From positions 62,001 through 126,000 of the forward strand of contig CBFFRQ010000053.1 of NCBI GenBank assembly GCA_965644315.1: a stretch of 64,000 bases of DNA, read 5' to 3'. A program made the translations under genes and the position numbers. Shown piece after piece: positions 12,337-23,555 of the stretch (positions are counted from its first letter, which is position 1; each line of letters starts with the position of its first letter). The notes beneath the pieces are model-generated. The model saw only the letters and a list, made by a program, of their open reading frames with translations, did no database searches and was not told where the DNA came from. The stretch comes from Caecitellus pseudoparvulus (lineage: Eukaryota > Protista > Bigyra: Bicosoecida).

Positions 12337-15300
12337 TCAGCGCCGGCGGCCCTTGCGGCTGGGCGCCTTCGCCCACCCACCAGCGGAGGCGGCTTTTCTA
12401 GAACAGAATTCATCTGCAAAGGCCAAGACAGCAGCCTTGCTGCCCAGGTAGGTCACTAAGTACTCCTTGATGCTGGCGTCGCTATCCAGGGACATGCAGA
12501 AGTCCAGAAGAGTCGTGTCCACACCGGAAGACAGCTCCTTCAGGCGAGGCGTGGCCCACTTGGCGAGCTCCTCCGGCATTGTCGCACCAAAGGCCGCAGC
12601 CTTCTTGGCAGCGGGGGTCGAAGCAATGGGACTGGTGGCTGGCACCGCCTTCACCTTGGCAGCGGATGGCCCGGCACGAGCAGCCGGCTCGGCGGGAGTC
12701 CGTACGGGGGCCAACTTGGCTGGAGCCGGCGCTGGCGCTGGCGCCCTGGCCACAGGGGCGCGCCCGCCACCCAGTCGCGCAGCCATGCTACCGCCACGGG
12801 CACCCACTGGCATGCCAGCCGGTTTGTGGGATGCAGCTTGCTGTGCAGCGGCGATGGAGCTGGCGGCAGGCTTGCCTCCAGCTCCCCACGCCCCCCGTGC
12901 CGCAGTTCCCGTTCGGGACCCCCCGCCCAGACGAGCTGCCATGCTGCCACCACCGGCAGCAGCCTTGCTGCGCGCGGCCTTCTCGGCGGCTGCAGCCTGT
13001 GCCTGGCGCTGCTTCAGGCCGGGACGCTGGGGCGTGCCGGCTGAGGCGCCCCAGGCTGGAGCAGCTGCCTTCTCGGCGGCAGCCAGCGCCGCAGTGCGCT
13101 TCGCCTTCTCAGCTGCAGCAGCTTCTTGCTTCTCAGCGGCCAAGGCGGCCTGCTTGGCGGCCTGCACGCTGCCGGCGCCCTTCTTCTTACCGGAAGTCCA
13201 GCTGTCTCCCTGACGAGCGTCGCCCACAGCCCCTGCAAAGTCCACCGGCACTGTCACGCCCGAGGAGCCAGAGCCCAGGGTTTGGGCGGCAGCCGACGTC
13301 ACTGCCGGAGTGCCTGCGGTGTGCACTGCCTTGCGCCTGTTCGCGTCGGCGTCTTTCACGGCGGCTTGCTTCTGGGCTTGTTGCTTGCGGGACATGTGGG
13401 CGTCGGCGGCTGCCTGTTCTGCCTGCGCATCCAGCAGGGACTTGCCCTTGCTGGAGTCCGCGCCCGCAGAAGCCCAGGGCGCAGCGCCACCCATGCCTAC
13501 TGGGCGGCTGCCTTCACTCGCCTTAGGTGCGCTGTCCACAGCAATGGGGGACGATGCAGCAGTGCTGCTGGCGGCCTGCTTGGCTTCCGCCAGCTTGGGC
13601 GCCTTGGAGCTCTTCCCGACTCCCTTGCCGCCCCAGGCAGCATTGGCCTTTGCAGTGGCCTTGGCCTTGGCCTTGGCAGCAGCCGCCGCCGCTTCCTTCC
13701 CGGCCTGTTGGGCGGCCTTTGCCTCGGCAACCCTGCGCATCGCCTCCACTTTGGCCAGGCGCTCAGCTCGCGCCTTTGCGTCAGCTGCCTCCGCCTCTGC
13801 CTTCGCCTGCGCAGCTGCTTGCTGCCTGGCCCGCTCCTCATCCGCAGCCCGTGCTTCCGCCTCCATGCGAGCAGCCTCAGCCTTGGCCTGCGCAGCCGCC
13901 TTGGCTTGCTGTGCCTCATCCAGGCGCACCTTGACCGTGCGCAACGCATCCTGGGCCGACGTCACAGCAGCGACGATGGCTGAAATGTGCCCATGCAAAG
14001 CAGAGCGCGTCATGGCCTTTTGCTGCTGTGCAACGATGCACTGCTGCACCATGGCGGCGTAGTGCTGTGCCTGAGACGCAGCAGTGGCGGCCGAGTGCGC
14101 CCCAGCAGGTCCCGCCGACATCGCGTTGTGGTGCTCTGTCTGGGCCGCCTTGAGGGCATTCCGCATGTGGGTCTCTTGCCCTGCCAGTGCGTTGATGGCT
14201 GCCTCCAGCCGCGCGAAGTTGTCCATGCCCTCGCGATGCTCCATCGCCCACACTTTGATCTGGCCGTCGATGCGGCTACGCACCTCGCGCAGGCCAGCTT
14301 CGTCCTGTGCTCCGCTGGCAGCCTGCACGAGCTCCTCAGCAATGGTCGTGGGAGACACCTGCGGCACCTGCGGCACCTGCTGCTGGGGGGCAGGCTGCTG
14401 TGGCCGCATTGCCTCGGGCGGTGGTTGCGGGGGAGCAGCAGCTGCCACTGGCACAGACAAGAAAGCAGAGGAGCTGTCGGGGAACATTTCTGAGAGGGGG
14501 GTGAACTTGCCTGCCGTACCCACACGGATTGGCAGGTGCGGCTTGAAGTAGCCACCCTTGAACCAGGCTCGCATGTCACCAGAGCTGAAGGGGCCCTGGT
14601 GGTTGCCCTTGGGGTCTTGGTAGTACCACTGCGCGTCAGCCAGGGCGGTAACTGCAGCGGGCGCAGGCGCAGGAGCAGGCGCAGGCGTAGGAGCAGGCGC
14701 CTGCGCCGCTTGCTGTGGTGCTCCAGAAGCCATTCCTGCGCTGGACTGGCCAAATCCGGTTCCCAGTCCCAGGCCGGCAGACTGCCCCATTCCCATGCCC
14801 AGCTTGGCTAGGCTGCTGGACATATCGTCCAGGAAGCCCATGTCTGCTGCAGGGGGTGCAGAGGACGTGGCAGGGGCGGTGGCCGCGGCAGCCGCCTCCT
14901 CCACTTGCTCAGCGGACACGACCTGGGCAGCAGGCGCCTTTTCGCCGACGGTGCCGCCTGACCGGGCAGCAGCCGCCATGAGGCTGCCCACAGACACTGA
15001 GGATTGAGCAGCTGGGGCCTTGTCCTTGCGGATGCGGCTCATGTTGCCTGCCTCGAACCGCTCAGCAGCTGCTGAGAACATGTCCCATGAAGCGTCCTGC
15101 ACAGCGCAAATGAATGGAAAGGGGGGTGACCACGAGGCTGCGAGTGCAGCAGGTCAGGCGCACGTCACGCACGACTGTGTCAATGTCAAAGGGGGAGTCG
15201 TCCCCGAAAGTCTCCGCGTCACGTCCGCCGTCATCTTCCTCGTGCCCTCCACGCCGGCCGTAGCCATCGCCACCTTTGTGGCCGTAGGCAGCAACAAAAG

Positions 15301-15808
15301 CCCCAGATCCCCCAGGCATCTTCCCCCAGTTCTCCCGGCGGAACATGTCGTCGTCAGTGGTGCGAGGAGCTGTGTCGCGGGCAGCCTGCCGGGAACCGCC
15401 AGCACCATCATCCCATCGCCGACCCGGAAAGGGTCCACCTCGTGCAGGAGGGCCTTCCTGGGGTCCACTGAAGGGCCCGGAGGATTTATGATGGGTGTTC
15501 CATCGAGAAAATAGCTGTGATGGTGGAGGGCATAGCGATGGGCGTGCGGGAAGGCACATGCAGCGCCTGCACAGGTGTCAGTGCAGGTCCAAAAGCCGCA
15601 CACTGCTTGCAGAGGCAGTCCCATGCGGCCACAAGGGAAACCACCACCTGCCACTCACATCGCGGTTGTTCACAGGCGTCAGGCCAGCAGGAGACAGGCA
15701 GTCACGAGTCGTGATGCCTTGCACGAGGGGCATGCCCTCGGGCAGCATGGACACCCGCCACCATTCCAGCAACTCCGTGGCGGAGTACTGTGCCTTGGGG
15801 GCAGCCAT
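12337..15808 (-). CDS. GYF-domain protein, GIGYF-like translational repressor adaptor
   Basis: GYF domain WYYQDPKGNHQGPFSSGDMRAWFKGGYF, N-terminal YxxxxLL (YSATELL), central coiled coil, C-terminal DTTLLDFC..IKEYLVTYLG..FADEF; two introns. Confidence 0.85.
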
Positions 15809-16322
15809 GGTGCAGCTGAGACAGTGGACTCCAACAAGTCACGCGTGGACAGGTCGAGGGCACCCGAGCTCTGCCGGGCGCAGTTTGACCTGACTCTCTT
15901 GCGACACGAAAGCTTGGCTTTGCAGGCTACAGTGAGGCTGCAGCACAGCTCGACGCTCGTGCGCGGGTTGTGCGAGCAGTGGAGAGTGTTTGTGAATTGG
16001 AGCAGGAAGTAGCCTCGCCATGTGCAGCCCCCCCTCCCTTTCGCACGTGAGGCAGGGCCCACTCGGGAAAGGGGGGTGCGGAAATGGCGGGGAGGGGGGC
16101 TCAACCTCCACTTTTTCGCCGGTAGCGCACGCACTGGGCGAGCAGGAACAGGCGCACAGTGCTTGGGCGCCAACATTGCACGCTAACCCCATCAGCTCAC
16201 CAGACAGCGCACCTGACTACCAGCTTGTGCCGCCCTGAGCGCTGCTGAGCGCTGCCACCACCTGCGCAAGAGTGTGCGGACGCCGGCAAGCTGCCTTTGC
16301 GCTGCCCCCCTGACCCTCCAAC

Positions 16323-18252
16323 ATGGCGGCTGCCAAGACTGGCAAGGATGGGGAAGTGCCCGAAGCCCCCAGTGTGCTGGAGGGCCTCAAGCAGCTGTAC
16401 CACACCGAGCTGAAGCCAGCTGAGGAGAAGTACCTTTTCCCAAGTACGTGCGGCAGCTGCACCACGCCTTGCAGTGGGGGTGATGCACAGGTGCAAGCCC
16501 GGAGGCCCCTCCGTGGCATGCCCGTCCCAGCCACCTGAGCCTTCTAGCGAGCACATCCCATGCCAGTTCGGGCATGCCGCTTCAAGTCGTGTCGCGCACG
16601 CGTTGGCACACACACGCCGCCACCCCGGAGCGTTTCAGCGCAAGTCTCTCACACTGCATGCGCCCGCGCAATGCTCATGCCTGCTGCCTGCCTCGTGCTC
16701 AGATTTCCACTCGCCCATCCTCCGCGATGCTGACCTTGCCGCCAAGCCCATGGTGCTGCTGCTTGGCCAGTACTCTGTGGGCAAGACCACCTTCATCCGG
16801 TACTTGCTGGGCCGCGACTTCCCCGGCATCCGCATCGGGCCCGAGCCCACCACGGACAGGTTCATGGCCATCATGAACTCTCCTGCTGGGGAAGACCGCA
16901 CCATTCCCGGTAACGCCCTGGCAGTGCACCCAGACCTGCCCTTCACCTCCCTCAGCATGTTCGGCACGAACTTCCTGAACCGCCTGGAGGGCTCCCAGTG
17001 CTCAGCGCCCTTGCTGGAACACATCTCCCTGGTGGACACGCCAGGTGTGCTGTCTGGGGAGAAGCAGCGCATCGGGCGTGCGTATGACTTCATCAAGGTC
17101 GTGGAGTGGTTCGCTCAGCGCGCTGACCTGATCCTGCTGCTGTTCGATGCACACAAGCTGGACATCTCTGACGAATTCCGAGACACCATCACCGCCCTGT
17201 CTGGGAACGAAGACAAGGTGCGCGTGGTGCTGAACAAGGCCGACAAGGTCACGGGGCAGCAGCTCATGCGTGTGTACGGGGCCATGATGTGGGCCTTGGG
17301 CAAGGTCGTGCAGACGCCAGAGGTGATGCGCGTGTACATTGGCTCCTTCTGGGACGAGGAGTGTGCCAACAAGGAGTTCGAGTCCCTGTTCATCGCGGAG
17401 TCCTCCGACCTCCTGCGGGACCTGCGCACGCTTCCCCGCAACGCCGCCATCCGCAAGATCAACGAGCTGGTCAAGCGCGCGCGCCTCCTGCGCACGCACG
17501 CCCTCATCATCGGCACGCTGCGGGCGCAGATGCCCTCCATGTGGGGCTTCGAGAAGAAGCAGACAGAGCTCATCGCCGACATGGCCAACCAGTTCAACTC
17601 CCTGCACAAGAAGTATGCCCTACCCATCGGGGACTTCCCTGACATTCGCCGCTTCAAGGCTGCTGCCGCAGGCATGGACTTCAAGAAGTTCCCCAAGCTG
17701 GACGAGGGCGTGTACCAGAGCATCACACGAGTGCTGGAGACCAACATCCCCATCCTCCTGGAGCGCTTGCAAGATGAAGAGGCTGCCCAGCGTGCTGCTG
17801 TGTCCGCGGCAGCTGCCGCCACTGCGCACGTTGGCGGCACGGCCGCGGCAGGCGGAGGTGGCGGCACCGGCATGGCTCCACCGCCCTTGCCTGAGCCCTC
17901 GCGCTCTGCTGCATCCGCGGCCTCAAACCCTTTTGGTGCAGGATCCAGCACGCCAGGGCAGTCTGACTGGGAGCGCCTGGTGCAGAAGCGTGATCGGGAC
18001 GTTGTGTTCAACACGCTGGAGGGGGCGCACTCCGGGAAGGTGGCGGGGGGGGCAGCCTTCGGCGTGTTGATGGCGTCAGGCCTGAGCCAGGACCAGCTGC
18101 GGCGCATCTGGGACCTGTCAGATATCGACGCTGATGGGTGCTTGAGCGGGGATGAATTCGCCATTGCCATGCACCTGGTGGACAACGCCAAGGCCGGCAA
18201 GCCCATCCCCACTGCCCTCCCTGCTGACCTCGTGCCACCCTCCCAGCGCTAG
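16323..18252 (+). CDS. EH-domain-containing dynamin-like ATPase (EHD/RME-1)
   Basis: GQYSVGKT, GPEPTTDRF, DTPGVLSGEKQRIGR, LNKAD, C-terminal EH domain (IWDLSDIDADG..EFAIAMHL); intron at about 16444-16702. Confidence 0.96.
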
Positions 18253-18286
18253 CGCCGTTGCCGCTACCAATGCACTGTGCACTTGA

Positions 18287-20583
18287 CTACAACTTCGCAG
18301 ACTCGGGCACGAAGTCCTCACCCTCCAGCAAGGGCAAGATGTCTTGGGTCCAGTACTTGGCGGCAGGCGTGCCAGGCGCGGCTTGTGCGCCTGCCGCCGA
18401 CAGCACCTTCTTCATGTATGCGGGGTAGATGTCACCATCATACCGGGCCAGAGGAGCTCCCAGCACAAAGTCTGACAGGTGAAAGGCGTCCACGAGCGGC
18501 ACCGCATCCCGGCGGAGTTCTTGGCTCAGACGCATGTGCAAGGCTGACACCCACGCTGCCTGGGTCGGGGACAGCGTGCCGTGCATGAGAAGAGGCCCAA
18601 GGCAGCCCAACAAGTGGTCCATCACAAACAAACTCCGCAGGCGGGCCAGGGCGCTCACATTCTCTGGGTCCTGGCCCTGTGACTCTGCTGCCTGCACAGC
18701 GGCCTGGAACCACTCGGCCATGGTCAGGTACACGTGGCACTTGCTCGCGTGCAAGAGGAGGGGTGCTGCTGCGTTCCATGCGCCGTTGCTACCTGTCGGG
18801 GGAACGTTTTCAGGGGCAGCTGCAGAGGCTGCCGCGTGCACCGCCTGTGCCCCGACGGTGCGCTGCACCGTCTCGTGTGGAGGCGTGCCTCGGCCGTCCG
18901 CGGCAGTCAGTGCAGCAGCCGCTTGCTGCACTGCAGTTGCTGCCAAGCAGCAGAGAATATCATGTTGGTGTTGCCACTGCTCCAGCATGGCGGGAGTCGT
19001 CAATGACGGTGGGTGTGGGTGGCCTTGCAAGTAGGACGTGGGGCCGGTCACTTGCCCCCCGCCTTGCACCCTGCGCCAGGCAGTAACGAGTTGGCGAGCC
19101 GTCTGCAGGGCCATGACTGTGTTGGAGCCCTCCCACGTCAGCTGCACGTGGAAGTCATCCAGCATTCCACCCAGTCGGTTGTACGCAGAGTAGCCATGCC
19201 CGCCGCAGCACTGGCGGCACAGATCAATGCCCTGACATGTCTTCCACGTGCAGTACGCCTTGAGACCTGCTGACGTGGCATGCACGTCCCCCACCAGCGC
19301 AGCTGCCTGCTTGGGGTCCAAGGTGTCTTGCAGCTCGTGCACGAGGTCTGTCATGGCCTTGCCAGTCATGTGGAAGGCGTACGCATGGGCGAGGAGCGGC
19401 ATGAGGATGGCTTGGTGCGACCCATAGTCCAGCAGCTGCGTCTCGAGGAGGGCACTGCCGGGGGCCGACTCAGCACTGGAAGCCTCCTTTAAGGATTCCC
19501 CTTGCCGCCGCATGGCGCCAAATCGGATGGCAATCGTCAGCGCGTGCTGCAAGAAGTCCCCTGAGTCCTGCACCATGAAGGCCCTGCCACCAATGAGGGC
19601 TCCGTACGCCATCTGCTTGGTGGTCTGCGGCTTGCGTGAAAAGATGCCTTGCTTGCACACTGTCACATTCTTCATCAGCAAGGCCCGTCGAGGCAAGCGC
19701 ACATGGTGGAACTGCACCCACCCGTTGTCGATGCCGTGGCGGCCCATCTTCGCACCACAGTCCCCGATGGTGATGCCGGGCAGGGCGACCCCACTCTCAC
19801 GGTCGCGCAGAGGGACTAGGAAGCAGTGCACGCCATGATCAACGCCATCGGCAGTGATGGTACGCGCGTACAGCGCCATGTGCGTGGCAGTGTGTGCCAG
19901 GCCGCCGATCCACCACTTTGTGGCTGTGAGGCTGGGGGTGTGGATGTCCCACTCGCCGTCTCCCTCTGGCCCCGCACCGGGCACAAAGGTAGCTGTCGTT
20001 TCGATGCCCCTCACGTGGCTGCCGTGGCCCATCTCAGTCATGCCGAAGCAGCCGAAGATGTTCAAGCCCATGGCTCTGGATGCCCACTCCGCCACCTGCT
20101 CCTCGTCCCCTTGCCCCTGCACAGCCCCGAAAAACAAGCCAAAGTGCACCCCTTGTCGAGTGCTCCAGCCGGGGTGTACTAAGTTCAGCAGCCGCACGCG
20201 CAGCATGCGCTCTTCACTCGTCCGGTCATGGATCAGCATGCGGAAGGCTGCCCTGACCTGCTTCATCGTCAGGTGCCGCACTTCGTCGCGGGACAGGTCC
20301 TCCAGGTGCCCTTGCTCCGCAGAGGTGAAGGCTGGAACATGTTCGAATTCTGCCATCATTTTCTCCCGGCGCTGCACGGCCTCCTCGCCGCCATGCAAGA
20401 AGCGAGTGAGGGTCGGCACGTCAACAGGCGCTGCGGCAGTGCACCAGGCAATGTTTGCAGAGCCGGCAGGGAGCACCCGCAGGAGCCAGGGGAGGCGAAG
20501 AACTCACATTTCTCGCGTTCATTGCGAATATCCACTTGTGTCTGGTCACTCGCGTGCATGACCACATTCCCTTGCGCCGCCAT
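18287..20583 (-). CDS. Peroxisomal acyl-CoA oxidase
   Basis: GCFGMTEMGHGS, KWWIGG, RQCCGGHGYS, TWEGSN (catalytic Glu), C-terminal PTS1 -AKL; short first exon then one intron. Confidence 0.95.
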
Positions 20584-20847
20584 GCTCACACCTGGCGTGG
20601 TGTGCTGCCTCGTGATGTGGCCAAAGGAACCTTGCCTGGTTCACGAACGCAGACAGGCTCTGCAGGCTGCAGCTTGCGGCACAGAATTTCAGGGTGCATG
20701 TGCATGTGCTGTACGGTCTGGATTTTACGGCATTTCTGTATCCCTACGGCGATGTGCGCACGCCGTGGACGAGGCACTTCAGTCCGGCCAACTCACCGCA
20801 AGTCTGCTTCCCGCTGCCTGCACCGCCAAACACAAGACTTTCACAGG

Positions 20848-21780
20848 TCAGCGACCTCCGAAGCTCAGGCGGCGTGCCGCAGGTCGCCTTGTCGCTGACT
20901 GCAGCTGCCACCGCTGGCGGGCCCAGGCATGCAGCGCCAGGACAATCCACAGGACTCCCACAGACAGCGTTGCCCCCCCCGTCAATAACCCTACAGCACT
21001 GCGCACAGCTGCGCTGCGTGCTCGACGATGCAGGGCAAAGCGCAGCAGCAGGAGCGCAGTGCCGCCGAGCGCCACCCGTGTCAGCATGGGTGACGCCTCC
21101 TCCACTGCAGCTGACACTCGCAGGAGAGAACCCCGAGCTCGCTGGTTCAAAATGCGCCCCAGCAACGCATCAAACCTTTCAGACGTTGTGTCAGAAGCTG
21201 TGCCTTCTCGCGTAACTTCTGGTTCCTGATCACCTGTCGCTTCCTCTCGCTGCTGGCCTGCATGCGGAGAAGTGCCTTCCAACTTGTCACCATGCTGGTC
21301 GTCAGACGGACGCATCCACGCCTGCCAGGAGGCTGGGAGCAAATGCAGCATGCCAGGGCGCGTCAGGCGCTGCCGAAAGGCAGGCGGCACTCCGTCCAGG
21401 TACTCCGCCAGCTCCTCAGGCGACAGGCCCAGCAGCAAAGGGGCGTACTTGCGCACCTCCTTCAAGAAGGGTGCGTCAGTGAACCACTCCAAGAGAGTCG
21501 TCTGCAGTAACAGCTGCTGTGCAGCCTCTGGCAGGAAAGGCAGCAAGCCCACTTGCTTCACGTGCAACATGCAGGACCACACCAAGACCCCCGTGGAGAG
21601 GGCCAGCAGGAGGAGGGCCAGCTGCACGTCCAACGGAACTAACGAGGCCCATAGGTATACTGCACTTCCCAGAGCCACACCTCCTGCCAGTGTGCAGGCA
21701 CTCAGGAGCATGGGCTTGCACCTGGAGCTTCTGCCAGTTTGCAGCACAGGACTCGCCGCCGCGCCAGCCCTGGCGTCCAT
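20848..21780 (-). CDS. Hypothetical membrane protein
   Basis: About 310-aa ORF with two N-terminal and two C-terminal hydrophobic segments and an ordered core (LLLQTTLLEWFTD..LTRPGMLHLLP). No named domain recognised; start uncertain. Confidence 0.6.
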   Translation of the reverse strand: MDARAGAAASPVLQTGRSSRCKPMLLSACTLAGGVALGSAVYLWASLVPLDVQLALLLLALSTGVLVWSCMLHVKQVGLLPFLPEAAQQLLLQTTLLEWFTDAPFLKEVRKYAPLLLGLSPEELAEYLDGVPPAFRQRLTRPGMLHLLPASWQAWMRPSDDQHGDKLEGTSPHAGQQREEATGDQEPEVTREGTASDTTSERFDALLGRILNQRARGSLLRVSAAVEEASPMLTRVALGGTALLLLRFALHRRARSAAVRSAVGLLTGGATLSVGVLWIVLALHAWARQRWQLQSATRRPAARRLSFGGR

Positions 21781-22882
21781 GGAATTGCCGCGCTGAGGGA
21801 ACAAGGCTATAGAGTTGCGTTAACTTGTACCTCCACGCTGCTTCCCCTCCGGACTCCTGCGTTCACAGAGCACACGCTTGCGCCAGCAGTGTTTGCTGCG
21901 GAAATTGCCGCAACAACCAGCACTTCCAACACGCCAGGCACTGCAGATGCGTCTGCTGGAAAACAAATTCCACCTCCATGGTATTCGTGGGCGTCTTTGT
22001 GGATGTAGTTTTCGTTTTGGTTTGCCCTTCAGAGGTCTGACACCCACCTGGGTTTCGGAAAGGGGGGTGTCAGCTTAGGAAGACCATGCACATTCGCGCT
22101 CCTCTACACAAATCCCGACGCCACACAAACCGCTGCAGGTTTGTCTCCGCTCTACCTGTACCAGTGTAGTGAGGCTTTTGTCCGCTGCTGGCGCGCTGGG
22201 TGCACGCTGTGCTCCTCCACATGCGTCTGCGGAACTGACAGACTTGACCTTCTACTTCTGCCCCACTCGAAGCACGGCGCCCCCCTCCATTCTTATACTG
22301 CCAGTGCGTAGGGGTTGTGACTTTGCCTGTGTTGCGCCCCGTGAGCTGCCTGTGCCTAGCGCGGTGTCCAAGCGGCAGAATGTGCCAGTTCGCCACTTTC
22401 GGCCACGCTCACTGGCTTTCTTTGTCCAGGGCCGGCCCGTGTGTCGCCCGCCATCCCCTGAAGAAGCAAAATGACGACACTTACTGCGTTCTTAGTGACA
22501 ACAAGTTTTGAATGAACATTGTTCTGCAATACCGATTGCTTCCCAGTGTCTCCCCCGGATCGTGTTTCTGTTCAGGCGGCTTCGGCTGTGCCTGCTTCAG
22601 CGTCAAAATCCGGGCAAATCAGTCCGCCCCTGAGTGCTGTGCTCAGCGTATCTGTGTGTTCACTCGCCTTGCACCCGGTACCTCCAGCACTCCGGCTCAC
22701 AACTCCCCGCAGGCAATGTGCACACGATGCTTGGCCCTCCCGGCAACTGCTGGACTCTAGTGGCACCCCCAATGCCTTGAGACAATTCATTTATTTCATT
22801 TTGCGCACTGCCCCTCGACCTGAACGGCTCCTTGTGTGGTCTTACTGGGGTGCGAAGCAGAGAGGCTTTGGGTAGGCTAAGC

Positions 22883-23555
22883 ATGCGCTCCTTGACCACA
22901 GCGGCCGCAGTGTGGGGCATCTCAGTCGGGGTAGCATGGCTGCACGGCTGCACGTGGAATACGTTAGTGCCCGCAGCCCCCTGTCTCAGTGCCTGCCCTG
23001 CTCTCACAGCGCACGCCGTCCTGCTGTGCCCTCTCCTTCTGGCAACGCAGGATGCCGCTCACGCTGGTGTGGGCCGCTGAAGTCGTCTGCCTGCTGCACA
23101 TCGCGGACTGGATCTCACCCACAGGGCACAGTATCGAAGACTTACAGCTCCTCATTGCCCAGGTCCCCACTGCAAGGCCTGCATGTGCGTGCGCGTTTCG
23201 CCGGCGTTTCAACAAGCACGCCACACTGTCCGGCGCCGCCCCCGCAGCTAGCCATGCGACCCCAAGCACAGGCCTCACGTCGGGCACACCTCTCAATATA
23301 CACCCTCTCTCCAAGCATGCTATCCCGACTGCCTGCGTCGCACTGGGCGCCTGGCTGGGAGCGCTGCCGTCACAACTGGATTGGGGGCAATGGTGGCAAG
23401 TGTGGCCCATCCCTGCACTGGCCCTGTGTCCCCTCGGAGCCCTGTGTGGCTGCACCGCTGTGTGGCTGTTGCATGCATTCCCTTCTGGTCCGGGGCTACG
23501 GCGACTACACCCACCTCCTGGGTCCCTCCCCGGCCGAACTGCCTTCCCCCCCTGA
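22883..23555 (+). CDS. PIGF: GPI-anchor biosynthesis protein PIG-F/Gpi11-like (start uncertain)
   Basis: Signature GAWLGALPSQLDWGQWWQVWPIP matches the PIG-F motif GAWxGAxxxxLDWxxxWQxWP. Intron 22963-23050 (GTTAGT..GCAG) keeps the frame. Confidence 0.75.

Noticed and set aside
22160-22180. GTGTAGT resembling the U2 snRNA branch-pairing sequence
   Set aside because: Flanking U2 5' sequence and stem-loops are absent; the match is too short.
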